This document shows positions 19,841 to 30,115 of a stretch of 64,000 bases of DNA, in pieces. The notes beneath the pieces were generated by a model that ran no database searches, had not been told where the DNA came from, and saw only the letters and a list, made by a program, of their open reading frames with translations. Source of the DNA: a bacterium (GTDB lineage Bacteria > Cyanobacteriota > Vampirovibrionia > Gastranaerophilales > JBAXKC01); NCBI GenBank assembly GCA_037137535.1, contig JBAXKC010000004.1:1-64000 (forward strand), read 5' to 3'. The translations under genes were made by a program, and so were the position numbers. Every line of letters begins with the position of its first letter. Position 1 is the first letter of the stretch.

Positions 19841-20869
19841 ATGTATAGCAGACTAAAAAGTGTTGCGAGCAATACGAATAAAGCTATTTTAATGGCAACA
19901 GGTATTCTTTCCTTCTTAATAATAGCAATGTTAACAGTAGCAAGTGCCAGATATATATTAATAAATGCCGCTGAACAAGCACAACTAAAATTTTTTATAA
20001 AATTCAAAGAAACACCTCCAATTCACGAAGATTTATTAAGAAGAGGGATCCAAGTTTATTATAGAGGGATAAAAGTAGGTAAAGTTACCAATATAGATCT
20101 ATCCAATGATAATTCTTCAGTAATTTACAATATAACAATATATAGAAAAAACCTCACATTCCCTAAAAACATAATGCCCTTGTTACTTCTTGAAGACGTA
20201 ATAGGAAATAGATATATTGACATAAATTATCCTCAACAACCTTCTGCAGAACTTTTGAAAAATGGAGCAACAGTTAACGGACTATCTCCAATGATTATTA
20301 AAGATTTAAATTTATTCTTTATAAAAGAATTTAACAGCGGAAAACTTGAAAGCATATTAAATAATGTAAATGCCCTAAGCTCTTTTGCATCTCAAAACAG
20401 AGAGAAACTTACTCCTGTTATTTCTTACCTAAATAATGTTATTTCTGATAAAAACAAAATGGCTCAACTACTTAATACTCCTCAATTAATAGGAGAAACA
20501 TCACAACAAATTGCCATAACAAACAACAAACTTGGCTCGATGAGTAAACAGCTTACTACTACAAGCTCATCAATTAATAGTGCAGATAATAATATTAAAA
20601 ATACAAATTACTCAATTGTAAAAACCCAAGAACATCTAGCAAAAACAAATAATAATTTTGATAGAACTAATAAAAATATAGAAACCGCTAATAATAATTT
20701 AAATGACATGAATCCACAGCTTAAACTTGCCAATAACAATTTATGCACTATTAACCAAAAAGTTCCGGAAATCCCAAAAGACCTATTAACTAATGCCGAC
20801 GAGATTTTAAAAAAAGTGAAAAAATTTACTGATACGACATTAGGAAAACTAGTTTTCGGAAAAGAATGA
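19841..20869 (+). CDS. MlaD/MCE-family protein with coiled-coil tail
   Basis: N-terminal TM, VYYRGIKVGKV and IGNRYIDI MCE motifs, heptad N/T-rich tail. Confidence 0.8.
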   Translation: MYSRLKSVASNTNKAILMATGILSFLIIAMLTVASARYILINAAEQAQLKFFIKFKETPPIHEDLLRRGIQVYYRGIKVGKVTNIDLSNDNSSVIYNITIYRKNLTFPKNIMPLLLLEDVIGNRYIDINYPQQPSAELLKNGATVNGLSPMIIKDLNLFFIKEFNSGKLESILNNVNALSSFASQNREKLTPVISYLNNVISDKNKMAQLLNTPQLIGETSQQIAITNNKLGSMSKQLTTTSSSINSADNNIKNTNYSIVKTQEHLAKTNNNFDRTNKNIETANNNLNDMNPQLKLANNNLCTINQKVPEIPKDLLTNADEILKKVKKFTDTTLGKLVFGKE

Positions 20870-20879
20870 TTCAAAATAG

Positions 20880-20903
20880 AAACTGCCCAAAAGGCAGTTT
20901 TTT
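20880..20903 (+). terminator. Intrinsic terminator
   Basis: AAACTGCC-caaaa-GGCAGTTT plus Ts. Confidence 0.7.
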
Positions 20904-20945
20904 CGTGCTATAAAAATAAGGTGTTAAATTAATAGGAAAAAACTA

Positions 20946-21395
20946 ATGATAGTAGATAAAATTGAAAATATTGAATTTTATAAAAATATAAATCCCAAAA
21001 TAGCAAAAGCTCTTGATTATATTGAAAATACCGATTTTTCAAAAGTTCAAAATGGTCGATATGAAATAGAAGGTCTTGATATTTTTGCAATTGTTCAAGA
21101 ATATGATTCAAAACCCATTGAAAACGGAAAACTTGAAGCTCATAAGATTTATACAGACATTCAATTTATAGCAGAAGGTAGTGAAAAAATAGGTTATGAC
21201 AGCATAGAAAACCTTACTGTGTCAGAAGAATATAACCAAGAAAAAGATTTAATGTTTTATGAAGAAAAAGGCGAATTGATAACTTTAAATAAAAATATGT
21301 TTGCAATCTTTTTCCCTCATGATGCCCACATGCCTGGGATATCAACAGATAAACCAAATAAAGTAAAAAAAGTTGTAGTTAAAATAAAACTATAA
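20946..21395 (+). CDS. YhcH/YjgK/YiaL family protein
   Basis: MIVD start, EAHKIYTDIQ, FFPHDAHMP, KKVVVK motifs. Confidence 0.88.
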   Translation: MIVDKIENIEFYKNINPKIAKALDYIENTDFSKVQNGRYEIEGLDIFAIVQEYDSKPIENGKLEAHKIYTDIQFIAEGSEKIGYDSIENLTVSEEYNQEKDLMFYEEKGELITLNKNMFAIFFPHDAHMPGISTDKPNKVKKVVVKIKL

Positions 21396-21502
21396 TAAAA
21401 AATACTTATACTAATCCAATTAACTTTTTGATAATTTAATTACTATAAATCAAGTTTTTATGCCCTTTGCAAGAAATTAAATAAAGAATTCACACTAATC
21501 CA

Positions 21503-21631
21503 GCGATATGCTTCTTTTCTCAAGAATTATTTTGTTTTTAACAAATCAAAGAGCAAGAAAAGAAGCCTGAGCGTTCAGAGCTGAAAAGCCATCGAAATTT
21601 TCTTGTGATGAAAGAATTTAATCAGTATCGC
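21503..21631. ncRNA. Candidate multi-stem structured RNA of unknown class
   Basis: Closing stem GCGATAT/GTATCGC around an 11-bp stem and three small hairpins, one with a GAAA tetraloop, in an ORF-free gap. Confidence 0.35.
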
Positions 21632-21678
21632 AACAAGTTTAGCATGACATTTTATCAATTAATTTATTGGAGAGGCTT

Positions 21679-21710
21679 AAAAAGGTTCATGTTTTAGCAT
21701 GAACCTTTTT
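21679..21710. terminator. Bidirectional terminator
   Basis: AAAAAGGTTCATG-ttttag-CATGAACCTTTTT. Confidence 0.85.
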
Positions 21711-21731
21711 ATAATTTTATAAATTTTTCAA

Positions 21732-22973
21732 TTAAATATGTTTCATTAACTCTTCAGGCGCTAATAAAGAAATAACTGTTTCATTTGAAAGGTATTTCCC
21801 TGCAACAAATTGAATATCACTAGGAGTTACTTCGCTTATAAATTCATTAATTCTATTATCATAGTCAGCACCAAGACCTATTATTTCATAATATCCGAGA
21901 TAATGAGCCTGTTTTGAATTAGTTTCATGAGAAAAAGCTCTTTTACCTATAAAGTTATTTTTAGCATCTTCAAGCTCTTTTTCAGGAACAGAATCTTTTA
22001 TGATTTTATCAATTTCTTCCCTAAATCCATCAAGCGCAATTTGAATATTTTTTGGTTCAGTTGCAATATAAACCGTAAATAATCCCGAATATCTATATGG
22101 GCTGTAACTACTTCTTACTGTATAAGCAAGACCCTTTTTATCTCTTAATTCAAGGAAAAGTCTTGAACTTAAACCACTTGCACCCAAAATAATATTTAAA
22201 AGAGTTAAGGCTGAAGCATCTTTATCTCTTGCTGATGGAACAATCCAACCCTGTATTACTTGAGCCTGAGCCACATCATTTTTTACAATTTTTACGATTT
22301 TATTTTCAGTAAGTGGGCTAATTTGTAATGCCTGAGACATACAACAACATTTATTCAACTCTTTAAATTTATCTTCCAATAAACTTAAAATTCTTTCTTT
22401 TTTGATATCTCCTACAACAGAAATACATGATTTCTCACAAACATAATTTTGTTTAAAAAAGTCTAAAACATCTTCCTTTGTTAGTTCATCAATCATTCCA
22501 AGAACTTTTGTAGAAGTGTTTCCGTAAGAAGAATCAAAGAAAATATTTGAAATTAGATTATCCTGTGCTTTTTTAACAGGAGAATCTAAAGAGGCTTCAA
22601 TTTCGCCTTTTAGTTTTTTTACTTCTTTTTCAAAACTTTCAAAAGTAGTATTTTTCAAAATATCTTCAAGAATATCAAGAGCTTTTTCTAAGTCTTCATT
22701 TAAAAATAAAGTGCTTATTTTTGTATAATCATCGCTGGTTGAAACATGAAGCTCTATCGCATTACTTTCAAGTTCGTTTGCTATTTCTTCCGCAGTTCTT
22801 GAAAGAGTACCCTGAACCAATAATCTACCTGTTAAAGTAGCAAGCCCCGGTTTTGTTTCTCTATTTATACCCGAGTCAAAAAAGAAATTTAAAGCAATTC
22901 TTGGAGTATCAATATTTTCTCTTGTAACTACAACTATATCATTAGACAATTTATCTCTATCAAAATTATTCAT
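21732..22973 (-). CDS. M16 (pitrilysin) peptidase, non-catalytic subunit
   Basis: M16 fold motifs (SSRLF.ELR.KKGLAY) but no HXXEH. Confidence 0.85.
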   Translation of the reverse strand: MNNFDRDKLSNDIVVVTRENIDTPRIALNFFFDSGINRETKPGLATLTGRLLVQGTLSRTAEEIANELESNAIELHVSTSDDYTKISTLFLNEDLEKALDILEDILKNTTFESFEKEVKKLKGEIEASLDSPVKKAQDNLISNIFFDSSYGNTSTKVLGMIDELTKEDVLDFFKQNYVCEKSCISVVGDIKKERILSLLEDKFKELNKCCCMSQALQISPLTENKIVKIVKNDVAQAQVIQGWIVPSARDKDASALTLLNIILGASGLSSRLFLELRDKKGLAYTVRSSYSPYRYSGLFTVYIATEPKNIQIALDGFREEIDKIIKDSVPEKELEDAKNNFIGKRAFSHETNSKQAHYLGYYEIIGLGADYDNRINEFISEVTPSDIQFVAGKYLSNETVISLLAPEELMKHI

Positions 22974-24334
22974 TATTTCCCCTCCGGCAATAATACAGAT
23001 GTATTCATAAGATTAAGAGCAAGGTATTTATTAGAAATAAGTTTAATATCGTCAATACTTAAACTTTCTAATACTCCAAGATAGTCAATATATCCTGAAA
23101 TATCTTCACATACAGTCATATAATGACCTATTAACTCGCCTATTTCAGAGACTGTTTCTGACTCTTCAGCAAATTTAGCTTTTAGCTTTTTCTTTGCTTT
23201 TTTTAGCTCTTCATCAGTAATTGAATCTTTTAATATTCTATCAAGCTCAACTTTTATAAGTTCTAAAGCTCTATCTTTTTCGGAAGGATTATAATTAGCC
23301 TGAATAAAGAAAGTATTACCTTCTTTAAAATGATATTGAACTGTTCCCACAACATTAAATACGGGAGGATCTAATTTTTCTATCAGATTTTGATAAAGCC
23401 TTGAGCTCTTGCCTTCTCCTAAAACAAGACTTATAACATCTAAAGCAATAGTCTCTTTAAGATTTGCTGCTTTAGGACCGTTAAATCCCATTATGGCAAA
23501 GCCTGTATTAACATTTGCTTTATTTTCCACATATTGAGCTTCACTTTGTGGAACTATTACAGGATATTCAAGTTTTTCAGGCTCAACTCTTTCTTCAAAA
23601 GCAAATTTTTCTCTTACTGTATCAATTATTTTATCAGCATCAACATCGCCAACAATAATAGTTGTCATATTTTTCGGAGTATACCATTTTTTATAATAAT
23701 CCATTATTTCATCTCTGGGAATTGATGAAATAATATCGCCTGTACCGATTACATCTCTTCTATAAGGGTGATCTTTGTACATAAGTTTATTTACGGCATT
23801 ATAAATTTTTGTCCATGGTTGATCATGACGCATTCTTATTTCTTCAATAACAACGTATCTTTCTCTTTTTTCGGCTACTTGAGGATTATTAAAATCAAAT
23901 ACAGGACCTACTTCTTCTTCAGGAATTGTAGGATTAAGCATCATATCTGCATGTAAATCTAATGCTTCATAAAAATAACTGTATTCATGGCCTTTTGGCA
24001 AGGTTACGTAATAAAAAGTATAATCTTTCCATGTTGCCGCATTAACAATTGCACCTTTAGCTTCAAGCGTCTTATCAAAATCTCCTGCCGGATGTGAAGG
24101 AGTTCCTTTAAACATTAAATGTTCTAAAAAGTGAGAAATGCCGCTAATTTCATCATTTTCGTTTAATGATCCTGTTTTTACCCATGTACTGACATTAACA
24201 AGATCACCTTCTTTATTTGCAATAACGATCTTATGACCGTTTTCAAGCGTATAAAAAGTTACAGGGACTCGCAAAAAAGGGAATTTAATTTCTTCTTTCG
24301 AGACAACAGCTGATATAACAGAGCCCATAAGCAC
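22973..24334 (-). CDS. M16 zinc peptidase, catalytic subunit
   Basis: HFLEHLMFKGT inverted zincin motif, NA.T, ER.VV.EE. Confidence 0.9.
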   Translation of the reverse strand: MLMGSVISAVVSKEEIKFPFLRVPVTFYTLENGHKIVIANKEGDLVNVSTWVKTGSLNENDEISGISHFLEHLMFKGTPSHPAGDFDKTLEAKGAIVNAATWKDYTFYYVTLPKGHEYSYFYEALDLHADMMLNPTIPEEEVGPVFDFNNPQVAEKRERYVVIEEIRMRHDQPWTKIYNAVNKLMYKDHPYRRDVIGTGDIISSIPRDEIMDYYKKWYTPKNMTTIIVGDVDADKIIDTVREKFAFEERVEPEKLEYPVIVPQSEAQYVENKANVNTGFAIMGFNGPKAANLKETIALDVISLVLGEGKSSRLYQNLIEKLDPPVFNVVGTVQYHFKEGNTFFIQANYNPSEKDRALELIKVELDRILKDSITDEELKKAKKKLKAKFAEESETVSEIGELIGHYMTVCEDISGYIDYLGVLESLSIDDIKLISNKYLALNLMNTSVLLPEGK

Positions 24335-24402
24335 CCCCGACTATAAAACTACATCTTCATTATTCTATCAAAAATTTAACTAATATTTACAACTTTAACA
24401 AA

Positions 24403-24436
24403 AAATCACCTCTGTAATAATCTACAGAGATGATTT
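24403..24436 (-). terminator. Probable terminator
   Basis: AAATCAcCTCTGTA...TACAGAGaTGATTT stem with T-tract on the minus strand. Confidence 0.6.
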
Positions 24437-24455
24437 ATCAGGACTATTTTAAACT

Positions 24456-24719
24456 TCAAAACTGATTTTTATTTAACTGCTCCTCTAGCTCAAATCTATC
24501 CAAATGACTTTTCAATAAATATCCGATTATCATTGAACAGGTAATTATCTCTTTTTGCTCTAAAGTCGTTTTATCTTTTACTTTGGATATAAGGTCAGAA
24601 TAATTATGAATCACATATAAAATCTGCACATCCATTCTATCAAGCATAATATCCATTGTAACATCAGGGTCTTCAAGACTTTTCAGAAAATTTTCTGCCT
24701 CCGTGATTTTATCTAACAT
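24456..24719 (-). CDS. Small hypothetical protein
   Basis: 87-aa ORF with GGGGA RBS. Confidence 0.6.
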   Translation of the reverse strand: MLDKITEAENFLKSLEDPDVTMDIMLDRMDVQILYVIHNYSDLISKVKDKTTLEQKEIITCSMIIGYLLKSHLDRFELEEQLNKNQF

Positions 24720-24862
24720 AACCCATCCCCCACATTATATAAGCATTAAAAAATAAGATAATTTACTTATATTTTTTCAGTATAACTATTCGAATTATAT
24801 TAAACAATCAACAGTAGTATAGATTGTAGAAACAGAGAGCTGCAATAAATTCTTATAAAAAG

Positions 24863-25312
24863 TTACCCTGTGATTTTTATAGTATTTTTATCTAAGGTTT
24901 TTACTAAATCACTTATCCATAAAAAACCTATAACTTTTTTATCCCATGGAGCACTAACAACAGGCAGATACTTCTTTGACATATAACTCATCAAAGAATA
25001 TGCCTCTTCTATTTCCATTTTAGGATATAAAACTACAGGAAAGGAATAATCAATATCTAGTTCATTTAATTTAGTTTTCTTCATTGCTGCAATGTTATCA
25101 TTTAATTGAACTTTAAGAGCACTTTTAATAGTATCTTTTTCAATATTACCCAATATTGAAAAATCTTGATTTACAACTAATATTTCACCGAAACAAGACT
25201 TTTTCATAGCCTCAAATGCATAAAATAAAGTGTTATTTTTACTCACAAAATTAGCACTAAAACGCATTAAATCTCTAACCTGAATTTTATTCATTCCTCT
25301 TTTGTTCCTCAC
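24863..25312 (-). CDS. CBS-domain protein (start may be the ATG at 25294)
   Basis: QVRDLM..., LPVV...KVIG...SDL tandem CBS pattern. Confidence 0.65.
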   Translation of the reverse strand: MRNKRGMNKIQVRDLMRFSANFVSKNNTLFYAFEAMKKSCFGEILVVNQDFSILGNIEKDTIKSALKVQLNDNIAAMKKTKLNELDIDYSFPVVLYPKMEIEEAYSLMSYMSKKYLPVVSAPWDKKVIGFLWISDLVKTLDKNTIKITG

Positions 25313-25601
25313 TGACCTAAATAACGAGAATAGCCATATATATGACTGAGCATTACTAGTTAATAGTCGATTTAATAAATTATTCTATTATTAATTGATT
25401 GTTTACCCACATGAGATTTGCTTTGATTGCCTATATGTATATATTGTAAAAAAACCATTCACAAAGCTACTCCCCATGTGGATGATTACTGCAACGCAAT
25501 TTATATAAATAGTATTAGCCGGCACCTCTAAAAAAGCGATATCAGTACATATATGCTCAATAGAAAAATAAGGAATTAAACACTCTGATAATTATGTAAA
25601 A

Positions 25602-26492
25602 TCATATTTCTAGTGTAGTTTTAAAATGCAACTTAGCAACTTGGGCTAATCCATCTTTTGAATATTTACTGACAAAGGCTTTTGCAGCTTGTTTAACTTG
25701 AGAAGAACATCCCTTTGGAAAAAGCATTACATATTCAGAAGAAAGGGCTTTCATTCTTTTCACAAATTCATTCCTTGCGAGAATAGAAGCGGCAGCAACC
25801 GCTATGTCTTCTTCTGCTCTAACTCTCTGCTCAAGTTTAATATTTTTACCTTTAGTCATTAAAGCATTTAAAATAAGGCTTTCATTTCCGAACTTATCAG
25901 CAAGTGCATTTGCGCAATCTTGTTTTTCCAGCACATTTTCAATAGCCCTAGCATGTCCCCATGCCAATAAATTATTAAGATTTTTTATTTTTGAATAAAG
26001 CTCGTTATATTTTAACGGGTTAAGAACAACAACAGTAAAAACAGTATTTTGCTTAATTATAATAGCCGCTTTTTCTATATCTTTGTCCGTCATTTTTTTA
26101 CTGTCTTTAATTCCTGCACTTTCTAAAATCGGAATACTTTTTTCATCAACATAAACGCCTGCAATGACAAGCGGGCCAAAGTAATCGCCTTTTCCCGATT
26201 CATCAGTACCAATTCTTGGTGTTAAATCAGTTTTCAATATTTTAGGAGAATCCGTTTCAATAAGTTTTGTCTGAATCACCGTTTCTACGTTCAAAAAGTC
26301 TTTTATAAAAACCTGAGTGCCTTTTCCCTGCACCAAAAACTTACCGCTATTATATAGAGTAGCAGAAACATTATTGCCTTTAGCCTGCCACACTGCATAT
26401 TGAGCGGATTTAATTTCAAAACCTGCCAATTCTAAACTTTTTTTCAGACTTGCCCCCTTGGACAAATCAAATAATTGTGAATAAGAGTTCAA
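25602..26492 (-). CDS. rnhC: Ribonuclease HIII
   Basis: N-terminal TBP-like domain (YNSGKFLVQG), IGTDESGKGDYFGP, DSKK, AAASILAR, KLHFKT. Confidence 0.93.
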   Translation of the reverse strand: MNSYSQLFDLSKGASLKKSLELAGFEIKSAQYAVWQAKGNNVSATLYNSGKFLVQGKGTQVFIKDFLNVETVIQTKLIETDSPKILKTDLTPRIGTDESGKGDYFGPLVIAGVYVDEKSIPILESAGIKDSKKMTDKDIEKAAIIIKQNTVFTVVVLNPLKYNELYSKIKNLNNLLAWGHARAIENVLEKQDCANALADKFGNESLILNALMTKGKNIKLEQRVRAEEDIAVAAASILARNEFVKRMKALSSEYVMLFPKGCSSQVKQAAKAFVSKYSKDGLAQVAKLHFKTTLEI

Positions 26493-26503
26493 TTTTTACC
26501 GCC

Positions 26504-27637
26504 TTAAAATTTATTATTCAGTAAAAAAGCTCTATTTACTTCGATAGCATCTATTATTCTTTTAGAAGAAAGCCCATCACCGTATGGATTTGAAGCTGAG
26601 GACATTTTAGAATAAGCGTCTTGATTATCTAACAATTCCTGCACAGTTGAAGTAATAAGTTCGGTATCACAGCCTACAAGTTTAACTGTACCAAACTCTA
26701 CCGCTTCAGGACGCTCTGTTTCTTCTCTCAAAACAAGAACAGGGATTCCTAAAGAAGGAGCTTCTTCTTGCACTCCACCCGAATCGGTTAAAATAATATG
26801 CGACTGTTTCATAAGATTTGAAAACGGAGCATAATCAAGCGGTTCGATAAGTTTAATTCTAGGGTGATTACTCAACATTTTAAAAACAGTTTCTCTTACG
26901 TTAGGATTCAAATGAACAGGATAAACAACCTGAATATCTTCATTTTTTTCCACAAGATTTAAAACAGCCTGACAAATATCTTCGAGAGGTTTTCCAAAAT
27001 TTTCTCTTCTGTGCGAAGTAAGAAGAATGGTTTTTAATGATTTATCGAGCTTAAATTCACTTAAATCAAGTTTATTATTTTCAATTGTGTATAAAAGAGC
27101 ATCAATTACTGTATTACCAGTCAAATAAACATTTTCGCTTTTAATTCCCGAATTTACAAGAATATCAACCGATCTTTGAGTAGGAGCATAATAAAAGGTA
27201 GATACAGCATCGGTTACGACCCTGTTAATCTCTTCAGGGAATGGATAATATTTATTAAAAGTTCTCAATCCCGCTTCCACATGCCCGACAGGTATTCTGG
27301 CATAAAAAGCCGAAAGACTTACTGCAAGAGTTGTTGTTGTATCACCATGGACAAGAACAAGATGAGGTTTTGTTTTTTCAAAGACGTCTTTCATCTGAAC
27401 AAGAACTTCTGCGGTTAAATTCCATAAATTCTGATTAGGCCGCATTACGTTTAAATCAAAATCGGGTTTTATATCAAATAAAGAAAGAACCTGATCAAGC
27501 ATTTCTCTGTGTTGTGCTGTTACACATACAATAGATTCAAACTTATCGGGGTATTTATTTAACTCCATCACAACAGGAGCCATTTTAATCGCTTCGGGAC
27601 GTGTTCCAAAAACTGTGAGAACTCTAATTTTTTCCAT
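26504..27637 (-). CDS. wecB: UDP-N-acetylglucosamine 2-epimerase (non-hydrolysing)
   Basis: GTRPEAIKMAP, HGDT, HVEAGLR, PEE.NR, TDSGGVQEEAP, NPYGDG. Confidence 0.95.
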   Translation of the reverse strand: MEKIRVLTVFGTRPEAIKMAPVVMELNKYPDKFESIVCVTAQHREMLDQVLSLFDIKPDFDLNVMRPNQNLWNLTAEVLVQMKDVFEKTKPHLVLVHGDTTTTLAVSLSAFYARIPVGHVEAGLRTFNKYYPFPEEINRVVTDAVSTFYYAPTQRSVDILVNSGIKSENVYLTGNTVIDALLYTIENNKLDLSEFKLDKSLKTILLTSHRRENFGKPLEDICQAVLNLVEKNEDIQVVYPVHLNPNVRETVFKMLSNHPRIKLIEPLDYAPFSNLMKQSHIILTDSGGVQEEAPSLGIPVLVLREETERPEAVEFGTVKLVGCDTELITSTVQELLDNQDAYSKMSSASNPYGDGLSSKRIIDAIEVNRAFLLNNKF

Positions 27638-27639
27638 TT

Positions 27640-28551
27640 TTATTTATAACTCATCTTCAAAAGTGAATACAAAAGTTTATTTATCGGTATATCGAGATTA
27701 TGTTTTTTTGCAGCTCTTATAACAGCACCTTGAAGTGCTTCTATTTCAAGCTGTTTACCTGCTTCAACATCTAAAAGCGTTGAAGATTTAAATGTGCCGA
27801 ATTTATCATTTTTAGTGAATTTCATTGCATTTTCAACAGCTTCTTCGCCGATTATTATTCCTTCATGCTTTGCTACAAGCTGAACTTCTTTTAATGCTCT
27901 AAGGAAACATTCCTGAGCTTCAGCAATCTCCTGATAATTAGCCAAAGGCCCTCTTACAAGAGCAGTAAAGCCATTATAAGGGATATTAAGCATTAACTTT
28001 GACCATAATTCAGTTTTTAAAGTCTGAGTTACACCGGCAGGAATACCCGCATCGATGAAAACTTTTTCTAAATTTCTTATTCTATCAGAAAGCTGTCCGT
28101 TTAATTCTCCGAAAATAACTTTCCCATAACCTGTATGACTTATAACCCCGGGCGATTTAATTCCTGCTGTTATAAACACAACAGAACCTACAACTTTGTC
28201 TTTGCCTAATATCTCAGAAAGAATGTCTTCATTTTCTATACCGTTTTGCATAGAAACTATAATTGCTTTATCGGGAAGATAGGTTTTTAAAGTTTTAGCC
28301 ACTTCTTTTGTACTGTACGATTTAACGCAAAGCAATACAACATCGACATCATTTAAAGCCCTTAAATCAGAAGTAACTTTAGGTTTTTTGACCTCAAAAT
28401 CGCCTTTATAGCTTAATATCTTCAATCCGTTATCTTGAAGCTGACGAAGAGTTTCACCTCTTGCAATAAAAGTAACGTCTAAACCCGCCTGAACAAGCTT
28501 ACCGCCAAAATATCCGCCTACTGCTCCAGTTCCTATTACACCTATTTTCAT
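27640..28551 (-). CDS. panE: 2-dehydropantoate 2-reductase (ketopantoate reductase)
   Basis: GTGAVGG Rossmann motif, VKS, QNG, WSKL..N, SS..D...GK.LE. Confidence 0.9.
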   Translation of the reverse strand: MKIGVIGTGAVGGYFGGKLVQAGLDVTFIARGETLRQLQDNGLKILSYKGDFEVKKPKVTSDLRALNDVDVVLLCVKSYSTKEVAKTLKTYLPDKAIIVSMQNGIENEDILSEILGKDKVVGSVVFITAGIKSPGVISHTGYGKVIFGELNGQLSDRIRNLEKVFIDAGIPAGVTQTLKTELWSKLMLNIPYNGFTALVRGPLANYQEIAEAQECFLRALKEVQLVAKHEGIIIGEEAVENAMKFTKNDKFGTFKSSTLLDVEAGKQLEIEALQGAVIRAAKKHNLDIPINKLLYSLLKMSYK

Positions 28552-28841
28552 TTATCTGATATTCCCTGTAATTAGACTTTTTAAGTATAAGGCAAAAATA
28601 GTTGAATTAAAATTATTGTAGAAGATAATTTTTAACGAAACCCGATTCAACCAGTTATTCTTAAAAAGACTTTATATGATTTAAGTTAAAAACTTCTTAC
28701 CTCAATATTCTATGAACTTAACCTTTTCTAATTTAAAACATAGATATTTTTTATAATGTTTAATAAATATTTATAATACAATGTCCATATCTTATTTTTA
28801 TTACAATTTATTTTACGATCAAGAAAAGGTTATTATTTTAT

Positions 28842-29300
28842 ATGATTAATAATAGAAATTTATCCTTTAAAGGAAGTGCCTTTGAAGTTATAAAAGACAA
28901 AAAAGCTGATATTGAAAGTGCTTCATGGCCCTCACAAAAAACCAATTTTCAAGATAATATTAAAATGAAAAACTTTATAGAACTAATCGGCTCCGATGAT
29001 TATGAAATAACACCAATAACTGACACTTTTCTGGGAAAAACACTAAAACTAGATCCAAAAGAAAAGACCGTTGATACTAACAGCTATGACGGGTTTAAAG
29101 CTTCATATCAAATAAATCTTGAAAATGATGCCATAGAATTAACCACAATTAAAGACAGGAACGATTGTAAAAAAACAACTTTTCACAAAATAAACATGAA
29201 ACAGACAGCTCCTAAATTTGATAAAGACGAAGAACTCGACACAACTCTTTTTAATAAGCTAAAAAAACTTATAGAAAGAAAAACTAAAAATATAAAATGA
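28842..29300 (+). CDS. Hypothetical protein with N-terminal LSFKG motif
   Basis: 152-aa ORF, no recognisable domain. Confidence 0.6.
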   Translation: MINNRNLSFKGSAFEVIKDKKADIESASWPSQKTNFQDNIKMKNFIELIGSDDYEITPITDTFLGKTLKLDPKEKTVDTNSYDGFKASYQINLENDAIELTTIKDRNDCKKTTFHKINMKQTAPKFDKDEELDTTLFNKLKKLIERKTKNIK

Positions 29301-29385
29301 CCAATTAAATCGAGTATTGATTATTTTATAAAAAATCAATTAAAATATTAAGAGCCTACAGATATTTCCCATGCTTATATAAATT

Positions 29386-30030
29386 TTGGAAATTAAAATG
29401 GAAGACTTTGAAAAAGGGCAAAAAGTTAAAATAAAATTTAATATTTCCCCAACTCGTCCTGTTGAATTAGAATGTGCCCTGAATGTTTCCGAAGCAGACA
29501 GGCTGATTCTTGAATTTCCTCACGACAGAGCCTTTTTGAAAAGTTATATTTACGAAGGCAAGGAAATAGAAGTTTTAACCTATACGGATAAAGGCATATA
29601 CTGCTTTGATTCTGTGGTTATAGAGTCTCCGATGTCGGGTGATTTCACTATCGAATTCCCGGAAGAAAAAATAAAAGTTCAACGAAGAGAATATGTAAGA
29701 GTTCCTATAAAAATCAATATGATTCTAAGCAAAGAGCCAACGCAAATAAAAGGTGAAACTATCAACATAGGCGGTGGGGGGCTTAGATTTCTAACGCATA
29801 TGCAATTAAAAAAAGCTGATTTATGGTCATTTAACATGAGGTTGCCTCGCTCTGATGACTTTATTGAAGGAGTTGGCGAAGTTTTATACTCAAACGAGGA
29901 CGGAAAAGAATTTGTTTCAGTTATAAAATTTGTAAATATAAATGAAATAAACCGAAATAAAATAATAAGAGCCTGTTTTGAAGAAGAAGCTCACATTATA
30001 AAGAACAGAATTAACTATGAAAAACGATAA
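29386..30030 (+). CDS. PilZ-domain c-di-GMP receptor (YcgR/flagellar-brake-like)
   Basis: QRREYVR (RxxxR) and NIGGGG (D/NxSxxG-like) motifs with an N-terminal PilZN-like domain. Confidence 0.8.
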   Translation: MEIKMEDFEKGQKVKIKFNISPTRPVELECALNVSEADRLILEFPHDRAFLKSYIYEGKEIEVLTYTDKGIYCFDSVVIESPMSGDFTIEFPEEKIKVQRREYVRVPIKINMILSKEPTQIKGETINIGGGGLRFLTHMQLKKADLWSFNMRLPRSDDFIEGVGEVLYSNEDGKEFVSVIKFVNINEINRNKIIRACFEEEAHIIKNRINYEKR

Positions 30031-30115
30031 TTTTTTAAAAAACGTTTTTAAAAAAATCAGAGTATGATACTATAATGTCTAAGACTTAACTACTTATTAA
30101 ACAAAAGCGGAAATA

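Noticed and set aside
25500-25535. AGAGGTGC on the minus strand, resembling the start of a lysine riboswitch
   Set aside because: Downstream conserved elements and stems are absent and the gene context does not fit.
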